A stretch of DNA of 64,000 nt from an uncultured Candidatus Saccharibacteria bacterium. Lineage in GTDB: Bacteria; Patescibacteriota; Doudnabacteria; UBA920; 2-01-FULL-46-14. How positions within the stretch are numbered: position 1 is the stretch's first letter; every line of letters starts with the position of its first letter. The notes beneath the pieces were generated by a model. The model was given only the letters and a program-made list of their open reading frames with translations. It was not told the DNA's origin and made no database searches. The position numbers and the translations under genes are program-made. Below, piece after piece: positions 18,665-28,375 of this stretch. Location: contig CAZMCQ010000003.1 of NCBI GenBank assembly GCA_964565195.1, positions 24,080 to 88,079 of the forward strand, in the 5' to 3' direction.

Positions 18665-20019
18665 AAAAGAATTTGCGGCGGTTTTGGAAACTAGGCCGCG
18701 AGGAATTTAACACCCAATTTTTCGACATCACCAAAAAAGGCGAGCTCATGGTCAAGGAGGGCAATTATCAATATAACCTCCTTGAACTAGTCAAAAAATA
18801 CGGCTCAACCCTCGAGATCGTCTTCCCGTTTATTATTGAGACGCGGGTGCGCAACTTGATCGACATCTTCAACGCGTACATTAAGCTCAATGATTATAAG
18901 GGGAAGTTTTTTTATCACTACCCGATGAAGGTGAACCAGAACAAGGAGTTTGTTCTGCCGCTCATTTCCGAGGGCGCCAATCTCGAGACTTCTTCGGCGA
19001 ACGAGCTTTGGATTGTGAAACGGCTCTGGGAGCAGGAGAAATTCAATGCCAAAATTCGGGTTTTGTGCAACGGCCCGAAAACGCAAAAATATCTAAGTCT
19101 CATCGAGGAGCTTGACCGCAAAGGGGTGATCATTACGCCGATTATCGAGGAATGGCAGGAGATGGAATTTTTCCGTAGATACAAAGGCGAGGTGGGCATC
19201 CGCGTGGATCTGGATGTGAAGGTCAAATCGCATTGGGACAAGCGGTTCAACCATTTCGGTTTTCCCGAGGAAGAGCTCCTCAAAATGGGCAAGATCCGCA
19301 ATCTGGGAATTTTAAGCTACCACATCTCGAGCCAGATCGAGAAGATTGAAGGGCTGACCGCGCCGATCAAGCGGGCCGTGGCGCTTTACGCAAAGCTGCG
19401 CCTGAAAAATCCGCAGCTTGATACCATCAATATTGGCGGCGGCGCCGGCGTGCCGTATGAGAAGCGGCCTTTTTACACCGGCAAGGCGGCGGCGCATTTC
19501 ATTGTCCGTACCTTCAAGCAGGTCTGCCGGAAATTGGATGTCAAAGAGCCGAATATCATCTGCGAATGGGGGCGCTGGGCCGTGGCGCCGGCGCAGATTT
19601 CAATTTTTAAAGTGCTTTCCCAGAAAGACGTGGAAAATGGCCATACCAAGAAGTGGTACATCGTGGATGGCAGTTTTATGAATGATTTAGCAGACACCTG
19701 GGCCATCCATCAGAGATGGCACATCGTGCCAGTTAATGATATGGCGAGTCGGCGCCTGCAGAAAGTTTGGCTCACCGGCTCCTCCTGCGACAGCGATGAT
19801 AAATACACGGCGGGCGGTGGGTATATTTTATTGCCAAAGATTGAGGAGGGCTATGACCAATACATTGCCATTTTCGATACCGGCGCATATCAGGATTCCC
19901 TGGCTTCGCATCACTGCCTCTTATCGAGTCCGGCGAAGATCATCGCCCAGGATGGCGACATCACCATTGCGCGCAAGCGCGAAACCGCAGAGGAAATCGG
20001 CAAACAATTCGGGTGGTAA
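18661..20019 (+). CDS. Type III (alanine-racemase-fold) PLP-dependent decarboxylase, Orn/Arg/DAP decarboxylase family
   Basis: PLP-Lys motif YPMKVNQN, GGGxG loop INIGGGAG, HISSQ and EWGRW motifs. Confidence 0.6.
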   Translation: MKKNLRRFWKLGREEFNTQFFDITKKGELMVKEGNYQYNLLELVKKYGSTLEIVFPFIIETRVRNLIDIFNAYIKLNDYKGKFFYHYPMKVNQNKEFVLPLISEGANLETSSANELWIVKRLWEQEKFNAKIRVLCNGPKTQKYLSLIEELDRKGVIITPIIEEWQEMEFFRRYKGEVGIRVDLDVKVKSHWDKRFNHFGFPEEELLKMGKIRNLGILSYHISSQIEKIEGLTAPIKRAVALYAKLRLKNPQLDTINIGGGAGVPYEKRPFYTGKAAAHFIVRTFKQVCRKLDVKEPNIICEWGRWAVAPAQISIFKVLSQKDVENGHTKKWYIVDGSFMNDLADTWAIHQRWHIVPVNDMASRRLQKVWLTGSSCDSDDKYTAGGGYILLPKIEEGYDQYIAIFDTGAYQDSLASHHCLLSSPAKIIAQDGDITIARKRETAEEIGKQFGW

Positions 20020-20031
20020 AATTTTTTCGAC

Positions 20032-21000
20032 ATGAACGTCAAATTTTTCACCGAGCTTGACAGGAAAAGTGTTCTGGAGGCCGGGGGCAAGGGGGCCTCG
20101 CTTGGGGAGATGACCAGCGCCAAAATTCCCGTGCCGCCGGGGTTTGTGGTTTTGGCCGCGGCTTTTGACCGCTTCCTCGCAGAAACCGATTTAGATTCGG
20201 AAGTCGAAGCGATTTTAAAAAAAGTCAACGCCAAAGACGTGAACTCTGTAGATAAAGCCTCGGCCGAGATCCGGGATTTGATCCACCGCGAGCAGATGCC
20301 CAAAGATTTGCAAAAAGAAATTGTCGCGGCTTATGATATTTTATTCCCCTCCCTTGAGGGGAGGGGCAAGGGGAGGGTGAAAGGACTTGTTGCGGTCCGC
20401 TCGTCAGCCACTGCCGAGGATTCCAAAGTCGCCTCCTGGGCAGGGGAACTGGAGACTTATCTGAATGTTCAGGAAAAAGGTTTAATCCGCGCGGTAATGA
20501 AGTGCTGGTCCTCGCTTTTTACGCCGCGCGCGATTTTTTACCGCTTTGAGAAGAAACTGCACCGCAAGCCGGTTTCTGTCGCGGTGGTGGTGCAGGAAAT
20601 GGTTCAGTCCGAGATTTCCGGCGTTGCTTTCACCGTGCACCCGGTTACAAAAGACTACAATCAAATGGTGATTGAGGCCGGGTTTGGTCTGGGGGAAGCG
20701 ATCGTTTCCGGCCAGATCACGCCAGATACCTACGTTGTGCACAAAAACGATTTTTCGATTCTCGATATAAATGTTTCAGAGCAGAAGATGGCAATTGTCA
20801 GAAGCGCTGGCGGCGATATTCACAAGAACCTGTCTGTAAAAGTAGGCAGCAAACAAAAACTCACGGGCAAGCAGATTGTGACACTCGCGAAAATCTGCAA
20901 AGGCATTGAAAAACACTACAAACACCCGCAAGACATAGAATGGGCCTATGTGAAGGGCAAATTCTACATCACTCAATCCCGCCCGATAACGACTTTATGA
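20032..21000 (+). CDS. Stand-alone PEP synthase / pyruvate phosphate dikinase N-terminal ATP-binding domain (PPDK_N) protein, with in-frame family A insertion
   Basis: GGKGASLGEM ... VAVRSSATAEDS ... ends exactly at the PPDK_N domain boundary (ITQSRPITTL); insertion FPSLEGRGKGRV from palindrome at 20343..20385. Confidence 0.7.
   Translation: MNVKFFTELDRKSVLEAGGKGASLGEMTSAKIPVPPGFVVLAAAFDRFLAETDLDSEVEAILKKVNAKDVNSVDKASAEIRDLIHREQMPKDLQKEIVAAYDILFPSLEGRGKGRVKGLVAVRSSATAEDSKVASWAGELETYLNVQEKGLIRAVMKCWSSLFTPRAIFYRFEKKLHRKPVSVAVVVQEMVQSEISGVAFTVHPVTKDYNQMVIEAGFGLGEAIVSGQITPDTYVVHKNDFSILDINVSEQKMAIVRSAGGDIHKNLSVKVGSKQKLTGKQIVTLAKICKGIEKHYKHPQDIEWAYVKGKFYITQSRPITTL
20343..20385. repeat. GC-rich palindromic element, family A copy 4, in-frame inside PPDK_N gene
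   Basis: cccctccc-ttga-ggggaggg plus caaggggagggtg. Confidence 0.65.
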
Positions 21001-21457
21001 AAACTTACGTGTTCATTGACGCATCAAATCTCTTTTACGGAGGCGAAATGTCCTTCTACTCACAATTCAAGGTCGATCTCGGAGACCCGAACCGCTACCG
21101 GACCTTAGGTGAGCTGGTAGCAGCCGTCTACCGGCAAATTTACTATTACAACAACGAGCGAATCCACACCAAATTAAAAATGCCGCCCAAGCTTTATGCC
21201 GAGCGACATCAATTAACAACTAATCCCGTATCCGTTAGACTGTAGACAAGATGTCTAAAGAACGGGGAGCAGGCCAGTTAGTGCTATCGGGCGATGGTGA
21301 TTTTTTGCCGGTGTTGAAACACTTAAAAGATCAGGGTAAACAAGTTATACTCCTTGCAAGAGGCCCGCGAACGGCAAAGGAGATAAGACAGTTTGCAGGA
21401 CCCAATTTCAGGGATTTTGAATACCTGAAATTCCTTCTGAAAATGGATGACATATAA
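20997..21457 (+). pseudogene. Decayed NYN-domain gene with an embedded transposase (rve-family) C-terminal tail fragment
   Basis: MKTYVFIDASNLFYGG (NYN N-motif) ... LGELVAAVYRQIYYYNNERIHTKLKMPPKLYAER (integrase-core tail) ... stop ... LVLSGDGDFLPVLKHLKDQGKQVILLA (NYN C-motif) in a second ORF. Confidence 0.45.
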
Positions 21458-21536
21458 AACGAAGCGGACTCGTATAGAATCCGCTTCACGTTTAGTACTT
21501 ATAGCGTATACTAAAGCTGCTAAATTTGTCAAATGG

Positions 21537-21599
21537 CCTATGCCAAGGGTAAATTCTATATCATCCAATCAAGGCCAATCACGACATTGAAGTAATATT
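21537..21599 (+). pseudogene. Diverged duplicate of the PPDK_N gene 3' end (MAYAKGKFYIIQSRPITTLK*)
   Basis: ~75% nt identity to 20941..21000; encodes the same terminal peptide. Confidence 0.4.
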
Positions 21600-21656
21600 C
21601 ATATTTTCCAATTCTATGGAATTGGATACCAAATTTTACCAAATTATGGCTTTGAA

Positions 21657-22730
21657 ATGAGGATTAAATACGAATTATATTGGGAGGATATTGGTGAAAG
21701 AGTAATTTACGCAGAATTGGACGATTATGCTTGGAAACTACCCGAAAAAGTATTTAGATATAGAAAAAAGAATTCTCTATATATTTATCATCATGGAAAA
21801 ATGGCCGCATTTTATTCCAAGGATGATTCCCGGATAGAGGCAGCGATTGGAAGAAAATTTTTTAGTAAATCGATCAATGCGGCAAAAGTCGGTAAGCTCC
21901 AGGTAAGGAGTTTTAATAAAGTTAGAAACTATCAAAAAAAGATAAAACATGAAGAGATTATCAAACTTTTCGATAAAAATTTGAAACAAATGATATTTAA
22001 AACCCTCAATCTTTATCGTGAGGCCTTAAGCGTCCACTATTTAACCCAACCCCAATTTTTTGAAGGATTTAATGCTAGGGATTCAGAACGTTATTCTCAA
22101 ATTCTAAAAAAGCTTGCAGGAAATAGATTCACGTATACGAGAATTGCCTGGACATCTGCTTTTCAGCTAGCCAAATTTTTGCTAAGAGAGTATAGCAAAA
22201 GAATGAAGATAGGTCTTGAACAAGCTGAAAGCCTTTTATATAGAGAGCTTGCACAAAATAAAATTACGAAGAAACAACTAATAAAACGAGCTAAAGCATT
22301 TGTTTTAATTTCCAAAAATCATAGATTTAAACTTTATACGGGCAAGACAGTCCAAAAATATATTGATAAATATGAAAATTATCGCAATATTAGCTCGGTG
22401 AAGGGTATTATAGGCAACAAGAGAGGCAGAGTAAGGGGGAAAGCCTTTGTGGTTAGTAATGAAAATTTAGATCTTAACAAATTACCTAGGGGGATGAAAA
22501 AGGGTATGATTTTGATTGTTCAAAACGCGTGGCCCGAATTTGCTAAATATTACAAACTTGCCTCCGCAATTATTACAAACGAGGGTGGAATTACCTCACA
22601 CGGAGTGGTTGTTTCTCGAGAGTTCGGAATTCCCTGCATCGTTGGCACTAAAATTGCCACCAAAGTCTTCAAGGACGGGGATCTGGTCGAGGTGGATGCG
22701 AACAGGGGGATTGTCAAAAAAATAAACTAG
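21657..22730 (+). CDS. Protein with Lys-rich uncharacterised N-domain and C-terminal PEP-utilising-enzyme mobile (swivel His) domain, paralog P1
   Basis: C-terminus GGITSHGVVVSREFGIPCIVG...DGDLVEVDANRG matches PEP-utilizers phospho-His domain; strongly AT-rich. Confidence 0.6.
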   Translation: MRIKYELYWEDIGERVIYAELDDYAWKLPEKVFRYRKKNSLYIYHHGKMAAFYSKDDSRIEAAIGRKFFSKSINAAKVGKLQVRSFNKVRNYQKKIKHEEIIKLFDKNLKQMIFKTLNLYREALSVHYLTQPQFFEGFNARDSERYSQILKKLAGNRFTYTRIAWTSAFQLAKFLLREYSKRMKIGLEQAESLLYRELAQNKITKKQLIKRAKAFVLISKNHRFKLYTGKTVQKYIDKYENYRNISSVKGIIGNKRGRVRGKAFVVSNENLDLNKLPRGMKKGMILIVQNAWPEFAKYYKLASAIITNEGGITSHGVVVSREFGIPCIVGTKIATKVFKDGDLVEVDANRGIVKKIN

Positions 22731-23336
22731 ATGATCAAGTTAATCATCATTGATTTCTACGGGGTGATGACTTGCGGAAGTTATAAAGAAACTTGTCAGT
22801 GGATAGCGAAGAAATATAAGTTGGATTATCGATTCGTTTATAAAATTGTTTATCATAAATATTTTGGGCAAGCAGCGCTAGATAAAATCACCGAGCGCGA
22901 GTCCTTTGAGCTGCCAGCCAGAGAGCTGGGCCTGAAAGAAAGTTGGCGGGAGTTGCTGGTAAAGCACACATCCTTTCAGAAACTTCGTTTATCTGTTTTT
23001 AATCTTGCCAGAGATTTGCAAAAACAGGGTTATCTGATCCTGCTGCTCTCGAAGAATACCAGGGGGCAATTTGATTATGCCTTACGAAAAATGAATATCA
23101 GGCGTTATTTTAAAAATATCATCAACACGCTGGATTTGAAATTACCAAAGGCCTCGACCAAAACCATCAGATACGTGCTGAAAAAATTTCGCGTCAAACC
23201 CTCAGAAACCATAATGGTTGATGATCAAGATTTTAATCTGACTGAACCGGCCAAGCTCGGCGTGCACACCATCCTTTATAAAAATCCTCGACAATTAAAA
23301 ACGGGCCTCCGCAAGGGCCTTTACAATAAAGTTTAG
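22731..23336 (+). CDS. HAD-like hydrolase (variant motif I DFYG)
   Basis: IIDFYGVMT motif I variant, MVDDQDFN motif IV. Confidence 0.5.
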   Translation: MIKLIIIDFYGVMTCGSYKETCQWIAKKYKLDYRFVYKIVYHKYFGQAALDKITERESFELPARELGLKESWRELLVKHTSFQKLRLSVFNLARDLQKQGYLILLLSKNTRGQFDYALRKMNIRRYFKNIINTLDLKLPKASTKTIRYVLKKFRVKPSETIMVDDQDFNLTEPAKLGVHTILYKNPRQLKTGLRKGLYNKV

Positions 23337-24037
23337 ACGCCTGTTATGCTCGCGTGTTTGCCGCGTAAGTATTTCTGGAAATGCTGCCACTTCTTTTTAT
23401 CTAAGTTCCAATGCTCTGCGTCTTCAGCATACCATTTGAGCAGATTCGCCGCTTCCGGAGTTATAAGTTTATATTTCAGAGCATAGTTGTTGATATCATA
23501 AATATCGCCAAAGGATTGGAATTTAACCTTCATGTCTTTGACAAACTTTATGCACTCCCGCCCGCTTCTTCCGCAGTTGGTGCGGGACAATGGCACGATC
23601 ACCCAGTTGACCTTGAGGCCCGCTGTTCTTATATTTTTGATGAATTTCTTTTTTGCTACCCCATGACCTAAGGCGTCATCTACCAGCAGAGCTGCCATAC
23701 CTTTACGGTAATTTCCCTCAACCGCAAGGCTTAAGCCTCCGGGTTTTGGTTCCTTGCGTACATAGCCAAAGGGTTTATTTAGCGCCATACCCAGAGCAGT
23801 AGCCAGAGGAATACCGGCTGTTACTCCACCTAGAATCACGTCAAATTTGATTTTCTTAGATTTGATAAACTTGACAATCTCACTTACTATCATGCGCATT
23901 CGCCTTGGATCGCCAAGGGTTTTGCGCATATCCGGATAAATTGGACAGATGCGATTGCTTGTGGTAACTTTCGGGCCAATTTCAAAGAAAAATGGAGTGG
24001 TGGCAAAAGCCTTAATGATTTTCTGACTTTTGAGCAT
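23333..24037 (-). CDS. Orotate phosphoribosyltransferase-like type I PRTase (second paralog)
   Basis: ICPIYPDMR and PRPP loop ALLVDDALGHG. Confidence 0.55.
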   Translation of the reverse strand: MLKSQKIIKAFATTPFFFEIGPKVTTSNRICPIYPDMRKTLGDPRRMRMIVSEIVKFIKSKKIKFDVILGGVTAGIPLATALGMALNKPFGYVRKEPKPGGLSLAVEGNYRKGMAALLVDDALGHGVAKKKFIKNIRTAGLKVNWVIVPLSRTNCGRSGRECIKFVKDMKVKFQSFGDIYDINNYALKYKLITPEAANLLKWYAEDAEHWNLDKKKWQHFQKYLRGKHASITGV

Positions 24038-24082
24038 AAGATTATTCTAGCATTTTGGTAATAAAAAAACAGGCCTGAAACC

Positions 24083-24133
24083 TGGAAAAATTGGGAGTAG
24101 AAGGCGAGCCACAGAGGGTCTTCGCCTTCTACT
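24083..24133 (-). terminator. Intrinsic terminator for minus-strand histidine-phosphatase gene
   Basis: gtagaaggcgag...cttcgccttctac 12-bp stem; T-run on minus strand (A-run 24085-24090 on +). Confidence 0.5.
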
Positions 24134-24146
24134 AAAAAGCTTTGGA

Positions 24147-24755
24147 CTACTGCCGGCCGAGGTTGCCGAGGTATCGCAAGTCGCTCCATCTATCCTCAAC
24201 AAAATCGAGTATTCCAACAGCCCCTGGCTCAAATGGGGACATAGCGTGCCACTTAGAGTGGATAAGCCAGGCTATCGAGACCTCGATCCGCGAGCCGCCG
24301 TGGCTCGCTATGCCGATAGTTTTCCCTTGGTGGGAGCGGACAAAATAGTCAATCTCACGTCCCCCTTCCTCCCCGCGGCAGGTATTCGTCCCGCAGATCC
24401 ATTGCTCGTTGGATCTAAGGATCTGTTCTTCGACACTGACCCCAGCGGTTTTGGCATCGGCGCGTAGTTTCTCGAGTACGCCCGGAGTGAAGGGGTATAG
24501 ACCCAGTGTGGCATCGCCGATTACGTCATTCGTGTAGAGCGGGGCGATGAACCCCATCCCGAGCATGTTGTAATGCAGGGTCTGGATGGCTCGGCCCTTT
24601 GGGGAAGAAAATGCGACGTCGATCTTGTGGCCCATTTCCTTGAGCTTCTGGCCCGAGCGAATGCAACGTTCGATCGAGGCTAGCGGCAATGCGTCCATCG
24701 GTACTTCTTCGCCTTCCCGAGATTCATGCCGGAAAATCAGCACAGTAGTTTTCAT
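24147..24755 (-). CDS. Histidine phosphatase family (phosphoglycerate-mutase-like) protein
   Basis: N-terminal RHE(S)...E catalytic-His motif, internal IASHGG. Confidence 0.55.
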   Translation of the reverse strand: MKTTVLIFRHESREGEEVPMDALPLASIERCIRSGQKLKEMGHKIDVAFSSPKGRAIQTLHYNMLGMGFIAPLYTNDVIGDATLGLYPFTPGVLEKLRADAKTAGVSVEEQILRSNEQWICGTNTCRGEEGGREIDYFVRSHQGKTIGIASHGGSRIEVSIAWLIHSKWHAMSPFEPGAVGILDFVEDRWSDLRYLGNLGRQ

Positions 24756-24867
24756 TGAACCCTCCTTGGTTCATGTAGTTTTTTGGTTTTAGATTATAAA
24801 AAGAACGAAGGTATATGTTAGCAGATTTGCGCTGTTTTGTCAACAGTGACTATAATTAAGCTAAATT

Positions 24868-26316
24868 ATGCCAAAAAATAAGCCTGAAAAAGACCTTTGG
24901 ATGGTGGCAGCGGAAATACCTCAAGACACAGTTTTTATGATGAGTGGGGCTCTTAAATTTATGATTCAGTCGTGGCCCACAATTGGTTTAGGCGGCAAAG
25001 TCTCCAAGTATTTCAGTCTGTTTGAAGGTGATTTTTGCAGGATGTATTATCTGCGTACCGAATTCGACGCCCAAGCCGCATTTTTGGCCGACAAGATGAT
25101 TAGTGATCCAGACTGGGCGCTGGGGTTTATCAAAAAAGTGGAAAACTGGTCTGCCAACTTCTTCAAAGAATCAAAACGATTCAGGAAACTTAACTTTTCT
25201 CAACTAGATAACCAGCAGATGATACGAGAGTATCAGAAACCCCTCAAATATCATGTCCTCTCCCACGGCAATGGGTCATCTGTTTCTTGGCATGCGGATG
25301 CAGACAAACAGAAGGTGACCAAAGCAATGCTCAAGACCCTTCAGTGTACCCCCGAGCAATTTAGCACCCTTTCAACGCCGTACAGAGGGAGCTTGGTAAG
25401 GGATGAGGAAAAGGACATCTTGAGACTAGCGATAATAAAGGATAAACAAAAGTTGATTGCACATGCCAAAAAGTATGAGTGGTTAAACTACCAATACAAA
25501 GGACCAGCCTACGATTTTTCTTACTTTGACGAGAGATTTAAGGCATTACTGAAAGGTAAAAATGATTTTGCTCCCGATAAACTTCTTGAAAAAATATTGC
25601 AGGCAGAAAAAGCTTTGATTCCAAAACAGCAAAAACTTATCACGAGCCTGAAATTTAGCCGGCATCAGGTTAAACTAATCAGGCTGGCCCAGGCGCTGGT
25701 TTTTATAAAAGATTATCGTAAGGATGCGCTTTATCATGGTATGTATAGCTATGAGCCGTTTTTCCGAGAAGTAGGCCGACGCTTGGGTTTGAGTCTGGAC
25801 CAAGTAAGAGCGTTTAACTATTGGGAGGTAGGTCCGGCATTGTTGAAAGGTGCATTTGATCCTAATGAACTTAATCAAAGATTGAAATTCTGTGTTGCGT
25901 GGGTTGATAAGAAAAATTACATTGTGTACACGGGGGAAAAAGCCAGAGAAATTTTGAGCAAGATTAGTTTCGAGAAATTAAAGACAAGAGGTATCGAAGA
26001 ACTAATCGGAATGTGCGCCTGTCCGGGGGTAGTTAAAGGGATTGTGAAGATAGTTAATATTCCAGAAGATATGGAAAAGATGGAAACAGGCAATGTCCTT
26101 GTTGCACACAACACTAATCCCAATCTCGTTCCAGCCATGAAAATGGCAGCCGCGATAATTTCGGAAGCGGGGGGATTGACCTGTCACTCGGCCATCGTAG
26201 CCCGTGAATTTCAGATTCCATGTGTCGTGGGTGTACCTGGTGCAGACAAGATTTTGAGAGATGGGGATTTGGTAAAAGTTGATGCGACCAAAGGGATTAT
26301 TAAAAAACTAAAGTGA
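24868..26316 (+). CDS. Uncharacterised ~380-aa N-domain + C-terminal PEP-utilising swivel-His domain, paralog P2
   Basis: C-terminus GGLTCHSAIVAREFQIPCVVG...DGDLVKVDATKG. Confidence 0.6.
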   Translation: MPKNKPEKDLWMVAAEIPQDTVFMMSGALKFMIQSWPTIGLGGKVSKYFSLFEGDFCRMYYLRTEFDAQAAFLADKMISDPDWALGFIKKVENWSANFFKESKRFRKLNFSQLDNQQMIREYQKPLKYHVLSHGNGSSVSWHADADKQKVTKAMLKTLQCTPEQFSTLSTPYRGSLVRDEEKDILRLAIIKDKQKLIAHAKKYEWLNYQYKGPAYDFSYFDERFKALLKGKNDFAPDKLLEKILQAEKALIPKQQKLITSLKFSRHQVKLIRLAQALVFIKDYRKDALYHGMYSYEPFFREVGRRLGLSLDQVRAFNYWEVGPALLKGAFDPNELNQRLKFCVAWVDKKNYIVYTGEKAREILSKISFEKLKTRGIEELIGMCACPGVVKGIVKIVNIPEDMEKMETGNVLVAHNTNPNLVPAMKMAAAIISEAGGLTCHSAIVAREFQIPCVVGVPGADKILRDGDLVKVDATKGIIKKLK

Positions 26317-27800
26317 AACCTAAATATCTTCACGACAATGATCCTTGGATGCTCGCGGAAGATATCCCGGATATCGATTTTCAGTTTTCTCAAATTTGGC
26401 TCTCTTCTTTTGTCAACGATTTAGAAAAAACAGTTGGGCGGAATTACAAGAAAATTCTCTGTGTTTATAAAGGTCTAAACCTGAAATTTTATTATGGAGA
26501 GAAAGATTCTGACAACTTTGCCAAACACGTCCTCGGGCTGATTTTGAACAATCCGGATTTCGGTGTAAAAATAAATAAACAAATTCGAGTTTATTCAGAT
26601 CGGCTCAAAGGAAATTCCAGAATTATTACTCAGGACTTTTTGCGAAGTCTGTCAAATCAAGATTTAGCTAGCTTTTATCATGAACTAGATGCGCTTCATA
26701 CTGAACTCTATACTTGGGGTTGGCTACCCAATGCCGTCGACATGTTCCATGGAAACTTTACAAATCATCTGAAACGCCTTCTCCGGGCGAAGATTACAGA
26801 AGATCTGGTTAACGAAACGCTGGTAGCGCTATCCACGCATCCCGAAAAAAGCATTATTCAGCAAGAGCACCAGTCCTTTTTGGGTCTGGTCGTCATGAAG
26901 CAATCGAGAGCCCCCAAAGAAGCGTTCAAAGAAGCATTCAAAGCCCACTTGGATAAATATTTTTATCTCAAACACCTTTGGATTGGCAAAGATGGAGTCT
27001 ACGACGAACAGTATTATTTGGATGAAGTCAAAAAGTTTAAGACTTCGGCGAGGGAGCTTTTGGTAAAAGAAAACCAGGCTTTCCGGCAGACTTTGAGCAA
27101 GAGGATGAAACTATTATCAAAATTAAAATTCGTCCAAAAAGAAAAACAAATTTTGGATGTCTATGCAGAATTCGCTATTACCAAAATGTACCGGCGAGAT
27201 GCCCAAATTTTTTGGGCATACAAAATGGATTTTGTGTTTAGTGAACTATCGCGAAGACTGAAAATTCCTTTTGTGCAAACTCGTTTCATGTTTCCGCATG
27301 AAGTAATTTCTGCCCTGAAGGCGGGCTGGCTTGCACCTAACTTGAAAAAAGAATTGAAAGAAAGGGTTAAATACTGCGTTTATTATGCAGTGAAGGACCG
27401 GGATTATTTATTTATAACAAAAGCGGCAAAGGAATTGGAGGCTCAAATCAAACAAAATCTGGACGAGAATGTAAATGAATTAGTTGGGCAAACGGCTTGC
27501 CTGGGGAAGGCAAAGGGCGTGGCCAAAATAGTGAACTCACCCTTTGACATGCGAAAAATGAACAAAGGGGATATTCTCGTAAGTATCGCTACCAACCCAG
27601 ATATTGTGCCAGCCATGAAAAAAGCTGCGGCGATTGTGACAGAACAGGGCGGCATCACAAGCCACGCGGCCATTGTCTCACGAGAGCTGGGAATTCCTTG
27701 TGTCATCGGTACGAAAATCGCCACCAAAGTTTTTAAAGACGGTGATTTGGTCGAGGTGGATGCGAATAAAGGAACAGTGAGGAAAATTTCTAATTTCTAA
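26313..27800 (+). CDS. Uncharacterised ~395-aa N-domain + C-terminal PEP-utilising swivel-His domain, paralog P3
   Basis: N-terminus parallels P2 (DPWMLAEDIPD); C-terminus GGITSHAAIVSRELGIPCVIGTKIATKVFKDGDLVEVDAN nearly identical to P1. Confidence 0.6.
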   Translation: MKPKYLHDNDPWMLAEDIPDIDFQFSQIWLSSFVNDLEKTVGRNYKKILCVYKGLNLKFYYGEKDSDNFAKHVLGLILNNPDFGVKINKQIRVYSDRLKGNSRIITQDFLRSLSNQDLASFYHELDALHTELYTWGWLPNAVDMFHGNFTNHLKRLLRAKITEDLVNETLVALSTHPEKSIIQQEHQSFLGLVVMKQSRAPKEAFKEAFKAHLDKYFYLKHLWIGKDGVYDEQYYLDEVKKFKTSARELLVKENQAFRQTLSKRMKLLSKLKFVQKEKQILDVYAEFAITKMYRRDAQIFWAYKMDFVFSELSRRLKIPFVQTRFMFPHEVISALKAGWLAPNLKKELKERVKYCVYYAVKDRDYLFITKAAKELEAQIKQNLDENVNELVGQTACLGKAKGVAKIVNSPFDMRKMNKGDILVSIATNPDIVPAMKKAAAIVTEQGGITSHAAIVSRELGIPCVIGTKIATKVFKDGDLVEVDANKGTVRKISNF

Positions 27801-27808
27801 ACAACTGC

Positions 27809-27836
27809 TTGACAGATAAAACCCGTTGTATATACT
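27809..27836 (+). promoter_or_regulatory. Sigma70-like promoter (TTGACA-16-TATACT) giving a near-leaderless transcript for the antitoxin gene
   Basis: Perfect -35, good -10, ATG only ~7 nt downstream of -10. Confidence 0.45.
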
Positions 27837-27842
27837 ATAGCT

Positions 27843-28118
27843 ATGAAGACTCAAATCATTATAAAGACGGATAGAGAGGTCAAGAAAACTGCGCAGAAAC
27901 TCGCCAAAGAATTGGGCCTGCCTTTAAGCACGCTGATTAATGCTTATTTGAGGGAATTTGTCAGAAGCCAAAAAATAACCATTTCGATGGAGCCTGAATT
28001 AAAGCCCGAGATCGGACGCCTTCTGAAAAAAGCCAGTGAAGATTTTAAAAAGGGACGGAACGTTTCTCCTGTTTTTGATAATACTAAGGAAATGCTGGAA
28101 TATTTGCATTCGCAATAA
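27843..28118 (+). CDS. Type II antitoxin candidate (RelB/DinJ-like)
   Basis: 91-aa protein directly upstream of, and 1-nt overlapping, a RelE/YafQ-family toxin gene. Confidence 0.5.
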   Translation: MKTQIIIKTDREVKKTAQKLAKELGLPLSTLINAYLREFVRSQKITISMEPELKPEIGRLLKKASEDFKKGRNVSPVFDNTKEMLEYLHSQ

Positions 28119-28375
28119 TGCAAATTGTTTTACACAAAAGATTTAAACGGCGATATAAAAAACTCCGGGCCTTGCAAAAGCAAATTGATGAAAGGCTTTT
28201 TTTATTTGCGCACAATCCATTTCATCCGATTTTAAACAATCACGCACTGATTGGCAAGTATAAGAATTATCGTAGTATTAACATTACTGGTGATTATCGA
28301 GCTCTCTATGAACCGATTGCCAGAAATAAGGCGTTTTTTGTCATAGTAGATACCCACAGCAATTTGTATAAATGA
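28118..28375 (+). CDS. RelE/YafQ/ParE-superfamily mRNA-interferase toxin
   Basis: C-terminal ITGDYRALYE...FFVIVDTHSNLY signature. Confidence 0.65.
   Translation: MQIVLHKRFKRRYKKLRALQKQIDERLFLFAHNPFHPILNNHALIGKYKNYRSINITGDYRALYEPIARNKAFFVIVDTHSNLYK

Noticed and set aside
24827-24856. Promoter TTGCGC-18-TATAAT upstream of P2
   Set aside because: Perfect -10 but poor -35 and only 11 nt to the ATG; left as unannotated possibility.
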